From Eledone cirrhosa (lineage: Eukaryota): a stretch of 64,000 bases of DNA. The notes beneath the pieces were generated by a model. The model made no database searches. It worked only from the letters and a program-made list of their open reading frames with translations, and was not told the DNA's origin. Shown piece by piece: positions 13,035 through 26,709 of this stretch (the first letter of the stretch is position 1; each line of letters opens with the position of its first letter). Where the stretch lies: the NCBI GenBank assembly GCA_964016885.1, contig OZ024740.1, positions 124,496,001-124,560,000 of the forward strand, given 5' to 3'. A program made the position numbers and the translations under genes.

Positions 13035-14189
13035 CTGCAGAATACATTAATTTAATTTCTTACGCTTCCTATACATGTAGAATTCTATTATAGGTCAAAG
13101 TAAAAAAAAAAAATCCCCAGACATGCAGTCATTTTTGCAGTAGTTCCAAAGGGACACTTAATAATCAGAATATGTATTTGGTTTCTATTACTGAATGGAG
13201 AAGAAATATGTCATTTCCTTTAAAGGATGTAAATTTAGGACAGGTAAAATTGGCAATAAGCTAACTGAACTAGTGTCAGAAGAATTAAATGTACTCACCA
13301 AAATACAAGTTCTATAGCGTCTTTTATTTTGGGAGCCATTGTATACAGTTATTCTATGAATTAAATGAAAAAAATATTTAAAACTCAATTACTTAGATAC
13401 TGTAAATATTTAATATAATATTGTTTCAGCTTATAGCATCCCACTCCTTAGAGTTTCACATGCCTACACAATTGTTTTTCCATGTTTAGTTGAATTATAT
13501 TTATCCATGGGTATGGCGAATGGTGGTTTGCAGTTATGTTTCCATTGAATCTGGTTCAACGTCTGTTACAATTAGTGAAGTATTACTTATATTCATGGCA
13601 ATATTTAGAAGATAAATCTGTGATTCTATTTAAAAGGCTCCAATAATGTGTACTACTACGAAGGTGATATTAAGGTTTTCAATGTCATGATCTTGCAAAT
13701 AACTTATATGCGTGGATAATACTGTGATATTTATTATGTCTACATGACTAAAAGCGAATTTACAGTTTAAGTGCTAGCCCTTGGAACTGCTCTCACACTC
13801 ACCAATATATAATTTCAAGAAGTTTTGTATCTCTGGGAACTGAAACAGCAGCTTGATATATTTTACAGATGCATGTACATGCATGCATCCAAAACTTGTG
13901 AATATGAAAAGAATTGACCTGAAATGATGATGATAATATATACCAAACCATTCATAGATACATTTACATTCATATATGCATACATACATGCACACACAAT
14001 GTAATCAGATACACATAGATACATACATACATTCATATATTTAAAAAATACATATTGAAAACATATGTCCTGATTGATATATAGTGTCAGTGGGAATGAA
14101 AAATAGAGCACTGGTGAGATAAGAAAAAGAATGCCATCAGAGTATTCAGATGTTGTGCCCAAAAGAGGAGACTGCATTTATATAAACAT

Positions 14190-14440
14190 GTGATGTGTAT
14201 AAAGTTTGATAGTTGGGTGAATACATATCAAGCAAACTAAGTGGAAGAAATCAGAAGAACAGGAAAGGAAAACATACAAAGAATTTGGGAGAGAGGATCT
14301 CAGGAGGCAGGTGAGCCTCATGAAGAAGATGACATGGCACTGCCTACAAGTGATGAGACACTGTGCGTGAGTAGAACATTTCAGCCCGTGGCAGTGCAGA
14401 AAAGCAATCATACAACTATGATGATTATTATGATGTTGAT
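14190..14440 (+). mobile_element. Old RTE-like LINE 3' end
   Basis: Degenerate C-terminal coding remnant ending in an atgatgattattatgatg tail. Confidence 0.4.
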
Positions 14441-15279
14441 ATTTTGATCGTAAATCCTCTGGAATTATATATACACATTTGCACATACAAACAGTCATAG
14501 AACAAATACATACCTGTACACACATTGTTACACACACATACACAGGCATACACACACACTACATTACATTACCAACAAAAAGACAAAATATAAATCAAAT
14601 TCAAACTCTTTCTACATTAATCACCAGTGAAGTATGAAGATATATCAGCTGTATATTCCCTTTAGATGTACATATATATATATATTACATACAAGCATGC
14701 GCAGACACACACATACCTTACAAGCAGGGAAAAGCAGACATAAAATGATTATGTATGTATGTGTGTATCTCTCTATTTCTCCCTATATATCATTACATGT
14801 CAGTATTCTTTCCATAAGTCTATTGACCATAAATATTAATGCTAACCACATAATACTATTGTGGCTTCAATTATTTTCCCCGATTGATACTTCTTCACAC
14901 ATTTGCATCTCAATAAAAAAGAGTAAGTATATAAAAAAAAGGTATAAACAAAGTAAAGAGGAAAAGGAAAGAAAATCACAAATTATTTTTTCCTAATTAA
15001 TTTAACTATGGTATTGACACAATTAGAGCCTTGAAAAAAATCCCATGCCATATTTATTCCATCTTTTATTTTCTGATTTCAAATCCTGCTTAGGTTGTCT
15101 TTCATGCTTCCATGCTAGATAAAATACACTAGTCTTTTACAGAGGATGATTTCATTGACTAAATTTATGAATGTTTAGCTATCTCCCTATGTCAGAAACA
15201 ATTCGATCAGCTCAGGGTTCTATCTTAATATTCAGGGCCCAACTCTGTACTGACATCTCATCATATTTGCACTCATAAT

Positions 15280-15835
15280 TATTATTATTACTTTGTTCAG
15301 ATGGAAAATGCACCAGAGTAATTAGCCATCTGTCAAAACACAATAATGTCGTCAGACAAATAATACTCTCCTTAAAATGTGTGCAGTGCTTAGCAAGGTT
15401 GAGTTTTGTATGACATCAATCTTGCATGATATTCCCAACATCTTTAAGAAGTCTTGGACTTTCAATGGGATTGATCCTAATGCCCCAATTACAACTTTCA
15501 CATTACCCTCTTACATTCGAAACAGACTTGCCATCTCCACTTCCCATTCGGAGTACGTGATGATTTTTTTAACCTCTTTACTTGCAATATTCATCTCATT
15601 TCGAATGTATACGTCTATGATCTGGCATAATTTGTCTTTCACGTTCAATACAACAATAGCAAATGGGCGATGTTAAGTTACTCTATCAGTCTGTAAATCA
15701 TAATTTCAAAGATCATTGTTATCCTAACTTTCTTCATTACTATATAAGTCACATGCTCATACCAATTCTTTATTACGTTGTATTGAAATTTATAACATAA
15801 CAGCCAATGAAGATACAGACTTTATCTTGGTTGTA
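15280..15835 (-). pseudogene. R4/Dong-like RLE endonuclease C-terminal fossil
   Basis: Minus translation ...CQIIDV...VVIGALGSIP...IQNSTLLSTAHILRRVL followed by a (TAA)n tail. Confidence 0.65.
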
Positions 15836-17761
15836 TTCATTCATTCATTATGAAACATCCAGTCCTCCCTGTTAAGTGGTCATTTTGGGGCCATGATAAA
15901 AAAAACCCAGTCCACACTGTAACGTGGCAGGCATTAAGAAAGGCATTCAGCTGTGAAAACTAAGCCAAAGTACAGATCCATATGAGCAAAATATGGGAAC
16001 CTGACCTGAATTGTTCCATAATATGACAGCCTGTTTAGCCCATGCAAACGTGGAAAATAGATGTTAAATGACGATGGTGTTATATTCATTAGAAGTGCAG
16101 TTGTAGCTCACTTTTCAATTACTTTAATTTTTTTATTGAATTGTTTTCTGTGCATTAATATTGTATAGAAGACTACTGTTTTCATATGGATTTGCAATTT
16201 GACTACTACATCAATGTAAACCAGCTTTTACACTCTACCACAAACAAAAGAATGCGTTTTTTACCAAAACATAATCAAATATACTCTATGTATGTAACTG
16301 TTTATAATATGTATGTGTGATATGTAACAGTGAGTGTGTGTGTGTCTGAGCATGCATATCTTCCAACAAATTGACTCATAATGATTTTAAAAATATATTA
16401 ATTCTTCCTTAGACATTCTCTTGAAGGTGCCTTGAATTATAGCCCAAAGTTTAAAAACATTTTTTTATCACTATTCAAATATAAAATGTTAAAGTTGTTA
16501 ATATCTACCAAAATCTCATTATACAAAAATGACTCCTTATTAGATATTTTCATACAACAGGAAATCACCAACATTTCCATGAATATCAATGTTTAAAATA
16601 AAGAAAATTAAACTGACATTTCCTTCCCAGAAAGAAAAGAAGCCATAATTGAGATAGATGTCAGACAGAAATATTAAACTACACTTTCTTTGCTAAAAGT
16701 ATATAGAGCAGGAGTGGTAGAGCTGGTGTCCTGATAAAATGCAGTACAACACTGACAAGTGTTTGTGCTGGGGTTACAATAAAATGCATCCAGTACACAC
16801 TGTAAAATGGTTTGCATTAAGAAAATAAATAGAAACTGCCAAAATATAAGCAAGGCATGATTCTCCAACTTATCTAGTCTCAGATGGTGATAACCCATCT
16901 AATCTATGCTAGCATGGAAAATGAACATAAAATGATGATAATGTTGATGATGAACATCATTATAATTTTCTATATTGCTTCTAAAGACTTTATAAATTAT
17001 TGACTGTCTCGAAAGCTGAAAGTAAAGTAAATTATGAGATTATTTTCCAAGCCTGGGTATTTACATATGAATTGTTGAAGCAATTAAATACAAGAACGAT
17101 AATTACACTGGTTTAGATAGACATATGCCATGAACAGATTGTATATTTCTGAAGAATTGGTGGAAGCGAACGATGTTCAATGAGTAGGTGATATATAGTT
17201 TGACAATAATACAAAAGGGCATTTTAATGGAGATTTTGTTCACTTGCAAAGTGGGGGTAGAATTTATTTCTTACTTATATAGACTGAATTATGTATATTA
17301 CTGTGTTGTACATGGTACAAGATCATATAAAGTTCAGCATGGCTGGTATCCATAACATTTACCCACATTCCGTAAACCTGTTCATTCTTCCATGTATGTA
17401 TTGTTTTCTTGATGATTTTATATTTTACATATAACATTTATTTATTTAAATCAATTTAAATGCCTGTATAGAGCTAGTAAACCATGACAGACAACGGGAA
17501 TATCTAGTACGTCTTACAATTCAGAAACAAAAATAAATCAAGATAAACAGAGATAAAAAGAAATTTAAAGAAAAATCAAATAAAATAAAATCAATTTAAA
17601 TAGCAATGGCCAGCTGGAAGCAAAATAAGCATTAAAAATAAGAAATGGGAAGCAAGGGAAGCTGTAAAAGACTTACGAGGTCCTGTTGTTGAATCTAGTA
17701 AAATGTTAAACAGTTCTAGTCGTGTAGAAGGTCTTCTATATTATATATATATATATATATA

Positions 17762-17940
17762 TATTGTTATAGTTGGGGAGGGTCATATTGTTGTAATAAT
17801 ATTGCCAGAAATAATAACAGATCACACTCACTCTTTGGTTGGTTTTCACTTCTGTATCTTTCATATCTCCATAGTTAATTCATGTGGCAATCAATGTTTA
17901 TCATTTATTATTAATATTCGAAAAATTCAGATTACATTTA
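17762..17940 (-). mobile_element. Solo pLTR 3' end of the Neptune-like PLE family
   Basis: Near-identical to 22702-22870; abuts (TA)n. Confidence 0.75.
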
Positions 17941-18018
17941 TTCAGCCATGTAGAGCAAACTTTTTTTTTAATGTGGCAAAGCCAGCCATTTATCGCTCGT
18001 ATACAGGAAACTGACTGG

Positions 18019-18117
18019 CCAGTCTGCTGATATGCAAATCTGGCTGATCAGTGGATCTCCTAATATGCAGAGCTGACTGATCAGCCAGTCTGCTAATATG
18101 CAAATCAGACCGATGAC
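18019..18117 (+). repeat. 3 x 33-bp minisatellite with octamer motif
   Basis: ATGCAAAT at 18032 and 18098, ATGCAGAG at 18065. Confidence 0.75.
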
Positions 18118-18184
18118 TCACTGTATATTTTAGAAAATAGCATATATTTTCACTAGCTCTGACAGTAACAGGTGAACAGTGAAC

Positions 18185-18402
18185 TGTACTACTGAAGGGT
18201 GATACCCAGAAACATTAGTGTCATGTAGTTCTCTTTACATGCCAACACAAGAGCAAGAATGAAGGGTTCATTCTACTGACATGGCTTTAAAAATATGGCT
18301 TGTTTGTATAATTGCAAACGAATCTTCTATACTAAAACCTTTATACTCTGCTATGTATTGAGTACCTTACATATTGTGGTTACCTCCGATTCAACCCAGA
18401 AT

Positions 18403-18406
<4 letters not shown>
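18185..18406 (+). mobile_element. PLE pLTR fragment with degenerate HHR (18192-18222)
   Basis: 18320-18406 matches the reverse complement of 34840-34925; ctgaag...GAAA-ca[ttag]tg-TC. Confidence 0.55.
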
Positions 18407-18463
<57 letters not shown>

Positions 18464-18469
18464 ATGTAA

Positions 18470-21400
18470 GTCCAAAAAATCATTAGATAAAATATATACA
18501 GTATTTCCTCTCCCAATCAGTATAAAATAACCACACTAAAAATCATTTAAATGAGGCTATAAGTTTAAAATGTACTTATGAAGAAATAATAGACATATAA
18601 TACAGATTCTTTTCCGCGATGTACAACCATATGATATTTACGTAGTATTTCTCCTAGCCTGTAGAAATTGACTAGACAAATAGTTAACTACATGGACAAA
18701 TATTTAACTACACGGATTTAGGTAGAAAATTGAAGTTGATATGCATTTTTTCTTCAATAAGTCTACCGCCGGTAAGTCAGGCCGGGGCGCGGTGTTGAGA
18801 GCCTCAGTTATTATAGAGGTTATTCAGTTGCTGGGGTCCATCTGTAGAAATATTGTTGTAGTCGGTGGCCGCAATTGATTACAGTTTCAGCCCGGTTATT
18901 TATGAGTTCCTGGGATGCTTGCACTATACAATACAGTTCCATTAAGCAGAGTTGGCAGAGATGCACTCGAAATCTAGTCTTGAACGCCCCTGAAGTAGCT
19001 CCTATGTAAGACCTAACACTATTAAAACTTGTAACTGTGCATCTACAGATAACGTTTCTAGTCAAGCAGTGGTCTCGGAGTTGACAGTTGACAGGGTTAT
19101 GACAGTTGCAATGTTTTTTGTTGTCACCTCTAAGATGGTGGAGGCTGGTGTTAATCCTATTACTATTATTATCACCATCACCATAGCTGCCATTATTGTG
19201 GTTGGCGTTATTATAGTTATAATCATGCGGAATAGTGCTATTTCTATTTCTCGTGTTATAGCGTCTTCTACTGCCGTTGTAATAGCCGCTATGGTGTCTA
19301 ACCCTGTCGTCGGTCACGCTAATGGCGCTGCAATTAGTTTCTAAGGTGGCGTTAATGTGTATGCTACTGCTAATACTAAGATACCTGTCCTGATTACTAA
19401 TATCGTTATCGTGCAGAGCGACAGAATTGTTAAGGTTGACTGAGTTGTCATATTCCCTAACATTCTCATTACTGGCATGTTGTATTCTAGTGAGCTTACT
19501 GTGGTTGCTTATTGCTATGAGGTCGGCTAGATTAGGTGTAGTAGAATAAGAAATATTGACGTAATCTTATTGAGGATTTTTCGGTATCTGTGGTTATGTG
19601 CTAAGTTCCTCTCTAAGGCGTCGAAAAAGATTCTGGGTAAATTGGAGGCCACACTACGAGAGTAGGGGGATGGAACCATAGGACATTACGCCGGCGTTTA
19701 CGCGTTGTTCTGGGATTATTGCGAAGGTTATTGCCGTGTAGGGTGCCCCTATCAAGGCAATAGGGCTGCTGGATAATGTGTGTTCTGTTAGCCTTATGCC
19801 TATGTGTACGACCACCCCAGTGCGGCGGTTCTGGGTTACCCTATGCCGGTTAGAGGGTGTTGGTAATAAACCATCACTTTTATTAAGCCTATATACGGGG
19901 AATAATTCGAGTAGATTGCTGTTACTACTATTTGCCGAACTATGATCGTGTGGGTATGGTAACACACTCGTTCCGCCAGCTTCATGGTTATGATGCAGGC
20001 CATAGCTAGTGACATTATTAGCTCTTCTAATATGTTTTTCGATCGTAGGGCCACTGTGGTGGTGGTTATAGGTATGGCTCGCTATAACACTGGTCCTACA
20101 GGAGGGGGCTTTATGGATCCTGCGTCGAGGAGGTATGAGATTTTACTGTTATAACCCGATTCAGCCAATACCTTGTTGTAATATTCAGCAGTTTGGTTGA
20201 AGAAGTCTTCATTAGCAGAAAGTCTCGAGATTATATGTGAGATACTATACACTATAGAGTTGAGCGTAGATTTAGGGTGGTTAGAAGCATAGATGATGTA
20301 AGACAGGACCTCACCTGGCTTGTGGTATGGTCTGTATAAGCCGGTATCTAATTCTAAGGTAACATCTAAGAAGTTAACTATATTATGGTTGTGGTCAATA
20401 GTTACAGAGAGGCCGTATGTTTTAAAGAACTTGTGTATATGTTTATTAAGGTTTTCTATCCTACGGGGGATATGGTTCTTTACGGTAAATAGGGCATCGT
20501 CCCTATATACACCTCCTTGTAGTACAGCGATCTCGTCTCTAAGTCTGGGCAGGAGGTAAATTCCGACCAGGTCAGTTGCCTGCGCTGAGTCACTTGACCC
20601 CATCGTGATATCAATGTTATCAGAACGGTTGGTTCTGGTCCAGTAGGAGCCCTCGAAATGAATAATGCAAGCACCATATCTATTTATTTTTTAGTTAAAC
20701 TAGTGTTAGATCTAGCTAAGATGAGGGCCTTATTTAGGAGTATAGGGGAAATAGAGGCGTAGTAATTGTCTATGTCGAACTGGATAAATTTTAGAGATCC
20801 CTTATCAGGTAAATCTGTAAATCATTTAATGACCTGGTCAGTATTGCAGTATTGTTCCAGAGGGGGACCTTAGCTTTACTATTAAATTCAGGTGTTATCC
20901 TATCGCTGATCACTTTGCTAATTCTACCTATATCTGAAGTGGAAGGGCATATTAATCTAATAGAGGGGCTTTCGTTAATATTAGATTTGTGAACCTTAAA
21001 AGAAAATGTTGGTGTCATAGGTGCATAAGGGTTAGGGTATTTATCTATATCTAAGCTAGTTACAATGTATTTGCCTAATCTATTTAAGTCATTTAATGTG
21101 CTAATAGGTGTTTTCTTGTAATTCTTGTTATCTTCGTTATAGATGAATTATCTATATCTACTTACATCCAACTTATACGATTTCTTAGTTTTATCAGAGG
21201 GTACGAAAGGGTGCCTGTCATCTTGATTTTAGTGATGAGAGAGTCCAGGGACGTCAGGAACGCATTGTTGCATTTGCGTCTATTCTTAAACTTGATATTG
21301 TTGATCATATTGAGTAGGTCTTCCTCAAAGGTATCCAACAGTGTATTGTGCGGTGGGTTCCGGTAGGTCTTAAAGCCGTATTTTTCTTTAGGTGTTGGAA

Positions 21401-21900
21401 GATTATCAGTATCTTTATCCAAATGGTAGGCCTTCCATCTGACACTACGTATAAACGAATTAGTAGCGGCGATGAGTTGTTTAAGGTAAGTTTTTCTCTA
21501 GGTATAGGTATTGACTTGAGAGACATGATGGCAAGTATTATGTTGGGTTCTACTGAAAGGAGCACGATAATAATATGTTACAGTATCGTAAAAGAGGGTA
21601 TAAAGAAGAGGTATAAAGAGTTGCGATACAGAATATTACATGCCAAAAGCGGATGCGTAAGTGCTCAATGGTTGGGTGATCAGGGTTAAATATTAGAGAA
21701 AGTTAATATTTAGTGTAAAGGTTAAGCAGAGCTGTAATAAGCAAAATAATTAATGAAAGAGTTACAAGCCGTTAAAACATATGTTTATATAGCTCTTAGA
21801 CATGTTTCGCCCAATGGGGCTCGTCGGAGGCAGATATTAAAGGCAAAGATTTTATTTATAGACCCTAATAGGGTAAAATAATAGTTTTACATCGCCATGC
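18470..21900 (-). mobile_element. Near full-length decayed Naiad-type PLE (RT + CxC-C-C linker + GIY-YIG)
   Basis: SIRLICPSTSDIGRISK, MGSSDSAQATDLVG, GVYRDDAL, VNFLDVTLEL, CNCHNPVNCQLRDHC, YIGATSGAFKTRF, CQLC; frameshifts and stops. Confidence 0.85.
21790..21833 (-). ncRNA. Type-I HHR upstream of the Naiad-type ORF
   Basis: CCGACGA-gccc[catt]gggc-GAAA-c[at]GTC; stem I degraded. Confidence 0.65.
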
Positions 21901-21924
21901 ATATTAAATTTAAATGTATAAACA

Positions 21925-22050
21925 CTGTCGACGTAAGGATGAAAGACAAAGTTAACCTCGGCGGGATTTGAACTCAGACCATAAAGGGCCATAACTCTTT
22001 GCTGCAAAGCATGGTGTCCGACCCTCTACCGATACTGCCAATCCACCGTC
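21925..22050 (-). mobile_element. SINE copy (same family as 25933-26140)
   Basis: Reverse complement of tctgagttcaaatcccgccgaggttaactttg. Confidence 0.7.
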
Positions 22051-22079
22051 CCTGTGTATATATCAAATAATAGGTTACA

Positions 22080-22312
22080 GTTACATGTCGGTGAGCATGT
22101 CCAGCTAACCTCAGTCTACTCTGTGACACTTTCGAACTGACTTTTGGGAGGTTCCCGTACAGCTCTGAGTTCTTCATCCGCAGTGTATGCTGATTAATGT
22201 TGAGAGCCATACTCACCATTCTCGTGTAGCACCCATCCACCATCTGAGTGAGTTTCTTAGTCAATGTCCAAGTCTCATACCTGTACATCACCACAGACTC
22301 CACTACAGCATC
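22080..22312 (-). pseudogene. RTE-like LINE C-terminal fragment
   Basis: ESVVMYRYETWTLTKK...RLRLAGHAHRH. Confidence 0.65.
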
Positions 22313-22319
22313 GTATATT

Positions 22320-22352
<33 letters not shown>

Positions 22353-22655
22353 ATTGGAAATTTAGAAAAATCGAATCTCAGGCGGTTTGCAAGCAAATTC
22401 GGCCTACTTATATATATATATATGAGAAAAGGAAAAGGATGACTTCACTTGTAGTTCTAAACAACTTGATTTAATTTCATGATATAATATTATGAGTTGG
22501 TAGATCTAGTAAGTTCTTTGTTAACTTCGGTAGGAAGATTTTTAAAAATTCCTAGTTGATTTTCCTGGAGAACTTTCTCGAATTCATCGGTGGAGATTGT
22601 CAAACTGATACACACACACACACACACAGACAGACAGACAGACATACCCCCCCCC

Positions 22656-22701
<46 letters not shown>

Positions 22702-22708
<7 letters not shown>

Positions 22709-25700
22709 ATACTTGGGGAGGGTAATATTGTTGTAATAATATTGCCAGAAATAATAACGGAGCACACTCACTGTTTGGTTGGTTTTCGCTTCTGCATCTT
22801 TTTTATTTCCATAATTAATTCGTTTGGCCATCAATGTTTATCATTGACTGACCAACGGTCAAAAATACAGAAATAAATACATATATATAGTGTAACAAAG
22901 TGCTTTCGTTGCACATCTGCAACATCATCAGTGGTACTATTATCGTTCCTCATGTTGTATTGTATGTCTACGCCATTTTTATTTTATGTTTATTTATTTA
23001 TTTTCATTTATTTTTGTCTTCGTCTCTGCGCATGCGTTTGCGTGTATGTATAGTGTTTGGTGTGTGTGTTTGCGTTTGGGTGACTGTATTTTGGTTATTG
23101 TATTCTATCTTAGTTTATTATTGTGTGTTTATGTGTTTGTGTATATTTATTTATTTATTTATTTATTTATATTTCTCTTTAGTCAGTATTGTTTGTTTGG
23201 GTGTTGTTGTTATTCCATTAATTTTTTCTGTTTAGCTTCGGCTTTCTAAGCTCTATTTCGATTGCTTCTCTGGTTTGCCTACCTGTTGGTAGATCTTATT
23301 TTAACTTTATGTTGTCTTTGTTACCGTCATGTTGTTGTCTGGCGTGTTCATATAGTACTGAACCGTTTTTTGTCCTTTTAATTTCTCCAGTGTTGATCTG
23401 TTCTTTCTCCTATGCTTCGAGCTGTCTCACCTATGTATGTTGTTGTCATGTTTCTGCAAGTACCCTCTGTACATCTTATGCTATAGACTACCTTTCTAGT
23501 TTTACAGTTTATCTGGGGGTTTACTTTACATATAATACATTTCTTATTAGTACAGTGGGTTTTCTTAAAAGGGTATGTTTTGCTGATCAGGGATTTCATG
23601 GTAGTTCCTGGCTTTTCTACCAATTTAATCTTTAAGTGGCTCTTCCTCAGGGACTTTCTATACTGGTTAGCTAATTTCACTCCGGGGGTAGCGTCCACGA
23701 ACATGACACTATCGTATCTCTAGTTGTCGTACCATGAGGTGGCTTTCCCTATCTTATGTTTAGTCCTATCTAAACTATTCTATGATTTGCTCCTGTATAA
23801 TGGGCAAATTCCTTTCATGTCCGTTCTATGAGGGTCTTATACTTCTCCATGGCTCCTTTGTATACTCTGATTCTGTCTGTTTGGTTGTAGCTAGAGACCT
23901 GCATGCGGTTGATGAAGTGTTGGCTGTGTCTTTCCATTTCTGTTGGGTCGCACATGCGGGACACGTTCTTCACCACTTGTACCATGTCTGCGATCAGAAT
24001 ATTAAACTTAGCACTACTGGAGTTTGCTGTGTTTTTGAGTATCAGTTATTTGGAGGCCATGGGAATAGCGTAGTGTGAGTGGAGAATTTGGGCCCTCTCG
24101 TCTATAGTGCTAATCCAGAGTTCTGTGTATAATACAGGTAGTCTATTGATAGGGTGTTTGGAAGGGTAATCGATAGTTACAGTTATACTCTGGTGTATGG
24201 AGTTAGCTATCTGCTGGATGCTTTCCATTGTGCTATATTCTAAATCATGTTCGTTAATACTCTCTTGTGGGGGTGTTCTAATTACTATATTAATATCGTC
24301 TACGTAACGAAAGTACATTATGAGGTTTATGGAGATCCCTTCAAGATCTTTGAGTCTCCTTTCCCACCATGCCATAACAAGGTTGGCAACATCACCAGCT
24401 ATGCTGACGCCAATGGCTGCTCCCTCATTTTGGGTGTAGATCTTTTCATTGAATTTGAATATATTGCCCTTTAGGGTAGTTTTAATTCTAGCCCCTATTG
24501 CATGCGCGACCATTCTCTGACTTGATCATTGATTTTGGGTGTCCGTATGGCTTTGGTCCACCCAATCCACCTTCCCATGAAAGTCTATTTAGCCATTGAG
24601 GTTATGGTGGGGCGTCTACCTCTTACGGGTCTACTGAGGCAGAAACGGCTAAGGTCATGGTTGTCTAGTTACCCGGTGTCATAAGTAAGTCGTAAGTAAG
24701 TCTAAGTAGGAGGCCCAGTTCATCTGTGTCGACGTCGCAGAACTCCAACTCACTCTCACTGATTATTTTCACATATTTTTCCACAGCAAAATCAATGTTA
24801 ATGGATGGGAACAGTGATACCACGTCCATTCTGCCTATTATGCAGTTAGATATGTTTTTGTTTTTCTTGCACTCATTGATTCTTCTGAGGAGGTCCTCTG
24901 TACTGTCACACACATCTGGGCACATCTTAATTATGGGGCGTATAACCATTGAGAGGAAGTAGGAGATCCTGTATCTGCATACAGGTCCTGTTGGTGGTCC
25001 TGTTGCAGGATCGTCGACTGTCTTATGGTCTTTGCAAGAGCCCATAGAAGGGTGGTATGTCATTGTTAGACGCCTGGAAGTTGTTGGCAGTGCGTCTGCT
25101 TGGCTTTAGGATGTCGGTTCACATCATCATGTGAGCGTTGAGGATCTTCTGTCTCCCCTCATGTGTTTGTTGTGTAATTTCGCTCGTGTTGGTGATGTGT
25201 GGTTGCATAGCCTTGATGTAGTTCGGCATGCTGTCTATCGACATCCTAGCAGATTTATCTGTAGGTAGACACACTACCTCACCATCCCTTGTGCGCTGCT
25301 TGAGGCTAACTAAGCCTTCTACAGGTTCCCTTCCAAGTTGTTGGACTTCTGGTCTGCTTTGTCACTTAGTATATCGGTATACTATTTGTCTAATTTTATT
25401 TCTAGCTATGGTAAACTGTGCCTCTGTCTCGTCATCTATGTGTTGTGGTATACAAACTCCTTTATTAAAAGGTAACTTAGTAGGATAAATTTTACTCATC
25501 TTATAAATTTTGTCAGCTGGGTTGAAGAATAGTTTCTTTAAGGGGTTGTCATTATATCTATCGTCATAGTTGTGTGTGTTGCTATTATTGTTATTATGGT
25601 TGTTGTTGTTCCTACCATTAGCATTATTATTATTGTTATGATTGTTAGATGTATTGTTGTTGTTTTCTCTATTGTTATTGTTGTTGTTACTGTTATTTCT

Positions 25701-25930
25701 GCCATCGTGGTTATTACTTTTATTATGTTACTTGTTGTTGCTGTTGTGGTTGTTGTTTTTGTTGTTGTGTCTACAATTAATGTTGCTACTCGTATTATTT
25801 CCATTATTACTATTGTGGTTGTTGTTGTTGTTATTGTTGTCGTGTCTGTCGTTAATGTTTCCATTATTATTATTGTGGTTGTTGTTGTTGGTGTTCTGTC
25901 TATCGTTAATATTATTATCATTATTATTAT
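22702..25930 (-). mobile_element. Decayed Neptune-like PLE (family C): RT, GIY-YIG, pLTR
   Basis: MDVVSLFPSI, GAAIGVSIAGDVAN, RYVDDI, VVYSIRC..C...YIGETARS; the AAC-rich 5' part is tentatively included; 3' end abuts (TA)n. Confidence 0.85.
22892..22937 (-). ncRNA. Type-I HHR in family C pLTR
   Basis: gtacca-CTGATGA-t-gttgca[gatg]tgcaac-GAAA-g[ca]CTT-tgttac. Confidence 0.75.
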
Positions 25931-25932
25931 TA

Positions 25933-26140
25933 CTAGGGCGGTGGATTGGCTGTATCAGTAGAGGGTCGGACGCCATGCTTTGACGCGTAGAGTTACGGCC
26001 CTTGCCATTCTGAGTTCAAATCCCGCCGAGGTTAACTTTGCCTTTCATCCTTACGTGATCGATAAAATAAAGAACCAGTAATGCACTGGGTATTTGCTGG
26101 CCTTATGCCAAAAGTAGAAACAATTATTATTATTATTATT
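25933..26140 (+). mobile_element. SINE (tRNA-like head, (ATT)n tail); other copies at ~43230-43335 and 43765-43900 minus
   Basis: gagttcaaatcc B-box, ttgcctttcatcctt...gataaaataaagaaccagt body. Confidence 0.75.
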
Positions 26141-26709
26141 ACTATTTCTCTCTCTCCTGCTATTGTTATTGTTATGACTATTACTATTATAGCTGTTATT
26201 TCTATACTCAGATTTATTGTTTATATTACTACTGTCGTGATTATTGTTGTTGTCGGTATAGTTGTTTATTTTCGCATTCCAACGTATTTTTGTGAAACAC
26301 TTTTCCAGCTCAGTTTTACATTCGATTGGAATTATCTTTTTGTAGATAGCAAATTTTCTATTCTCCTTTTTTTTGTTTTTTCTTCTTCATCATCTTAATT
26401 TGTCATTGAAATGTTTGTTGCAACACACATTTCAATAAGAAATTAAGATGGATGAAAAAAAAAGGAAAAAAGAAGAAGAAAGGAGTTTAGAAAATTTACA
26501 AAAATACCCTAAGATCAACAATATCCGTATGAAAGACGTAGCATTACCGGCATAATTTACAAAAGATCATACACTAAATACTAAATATTTATGGAAATAC
26601 TTTAATCAGTGAAGAGGAACAACATGTTCTACGGCTCCCACCACTATATATATGTATATATGTATATTGGTGGGAGCTGTATATTTTATATAAGTATATA
26701 TATATATAT

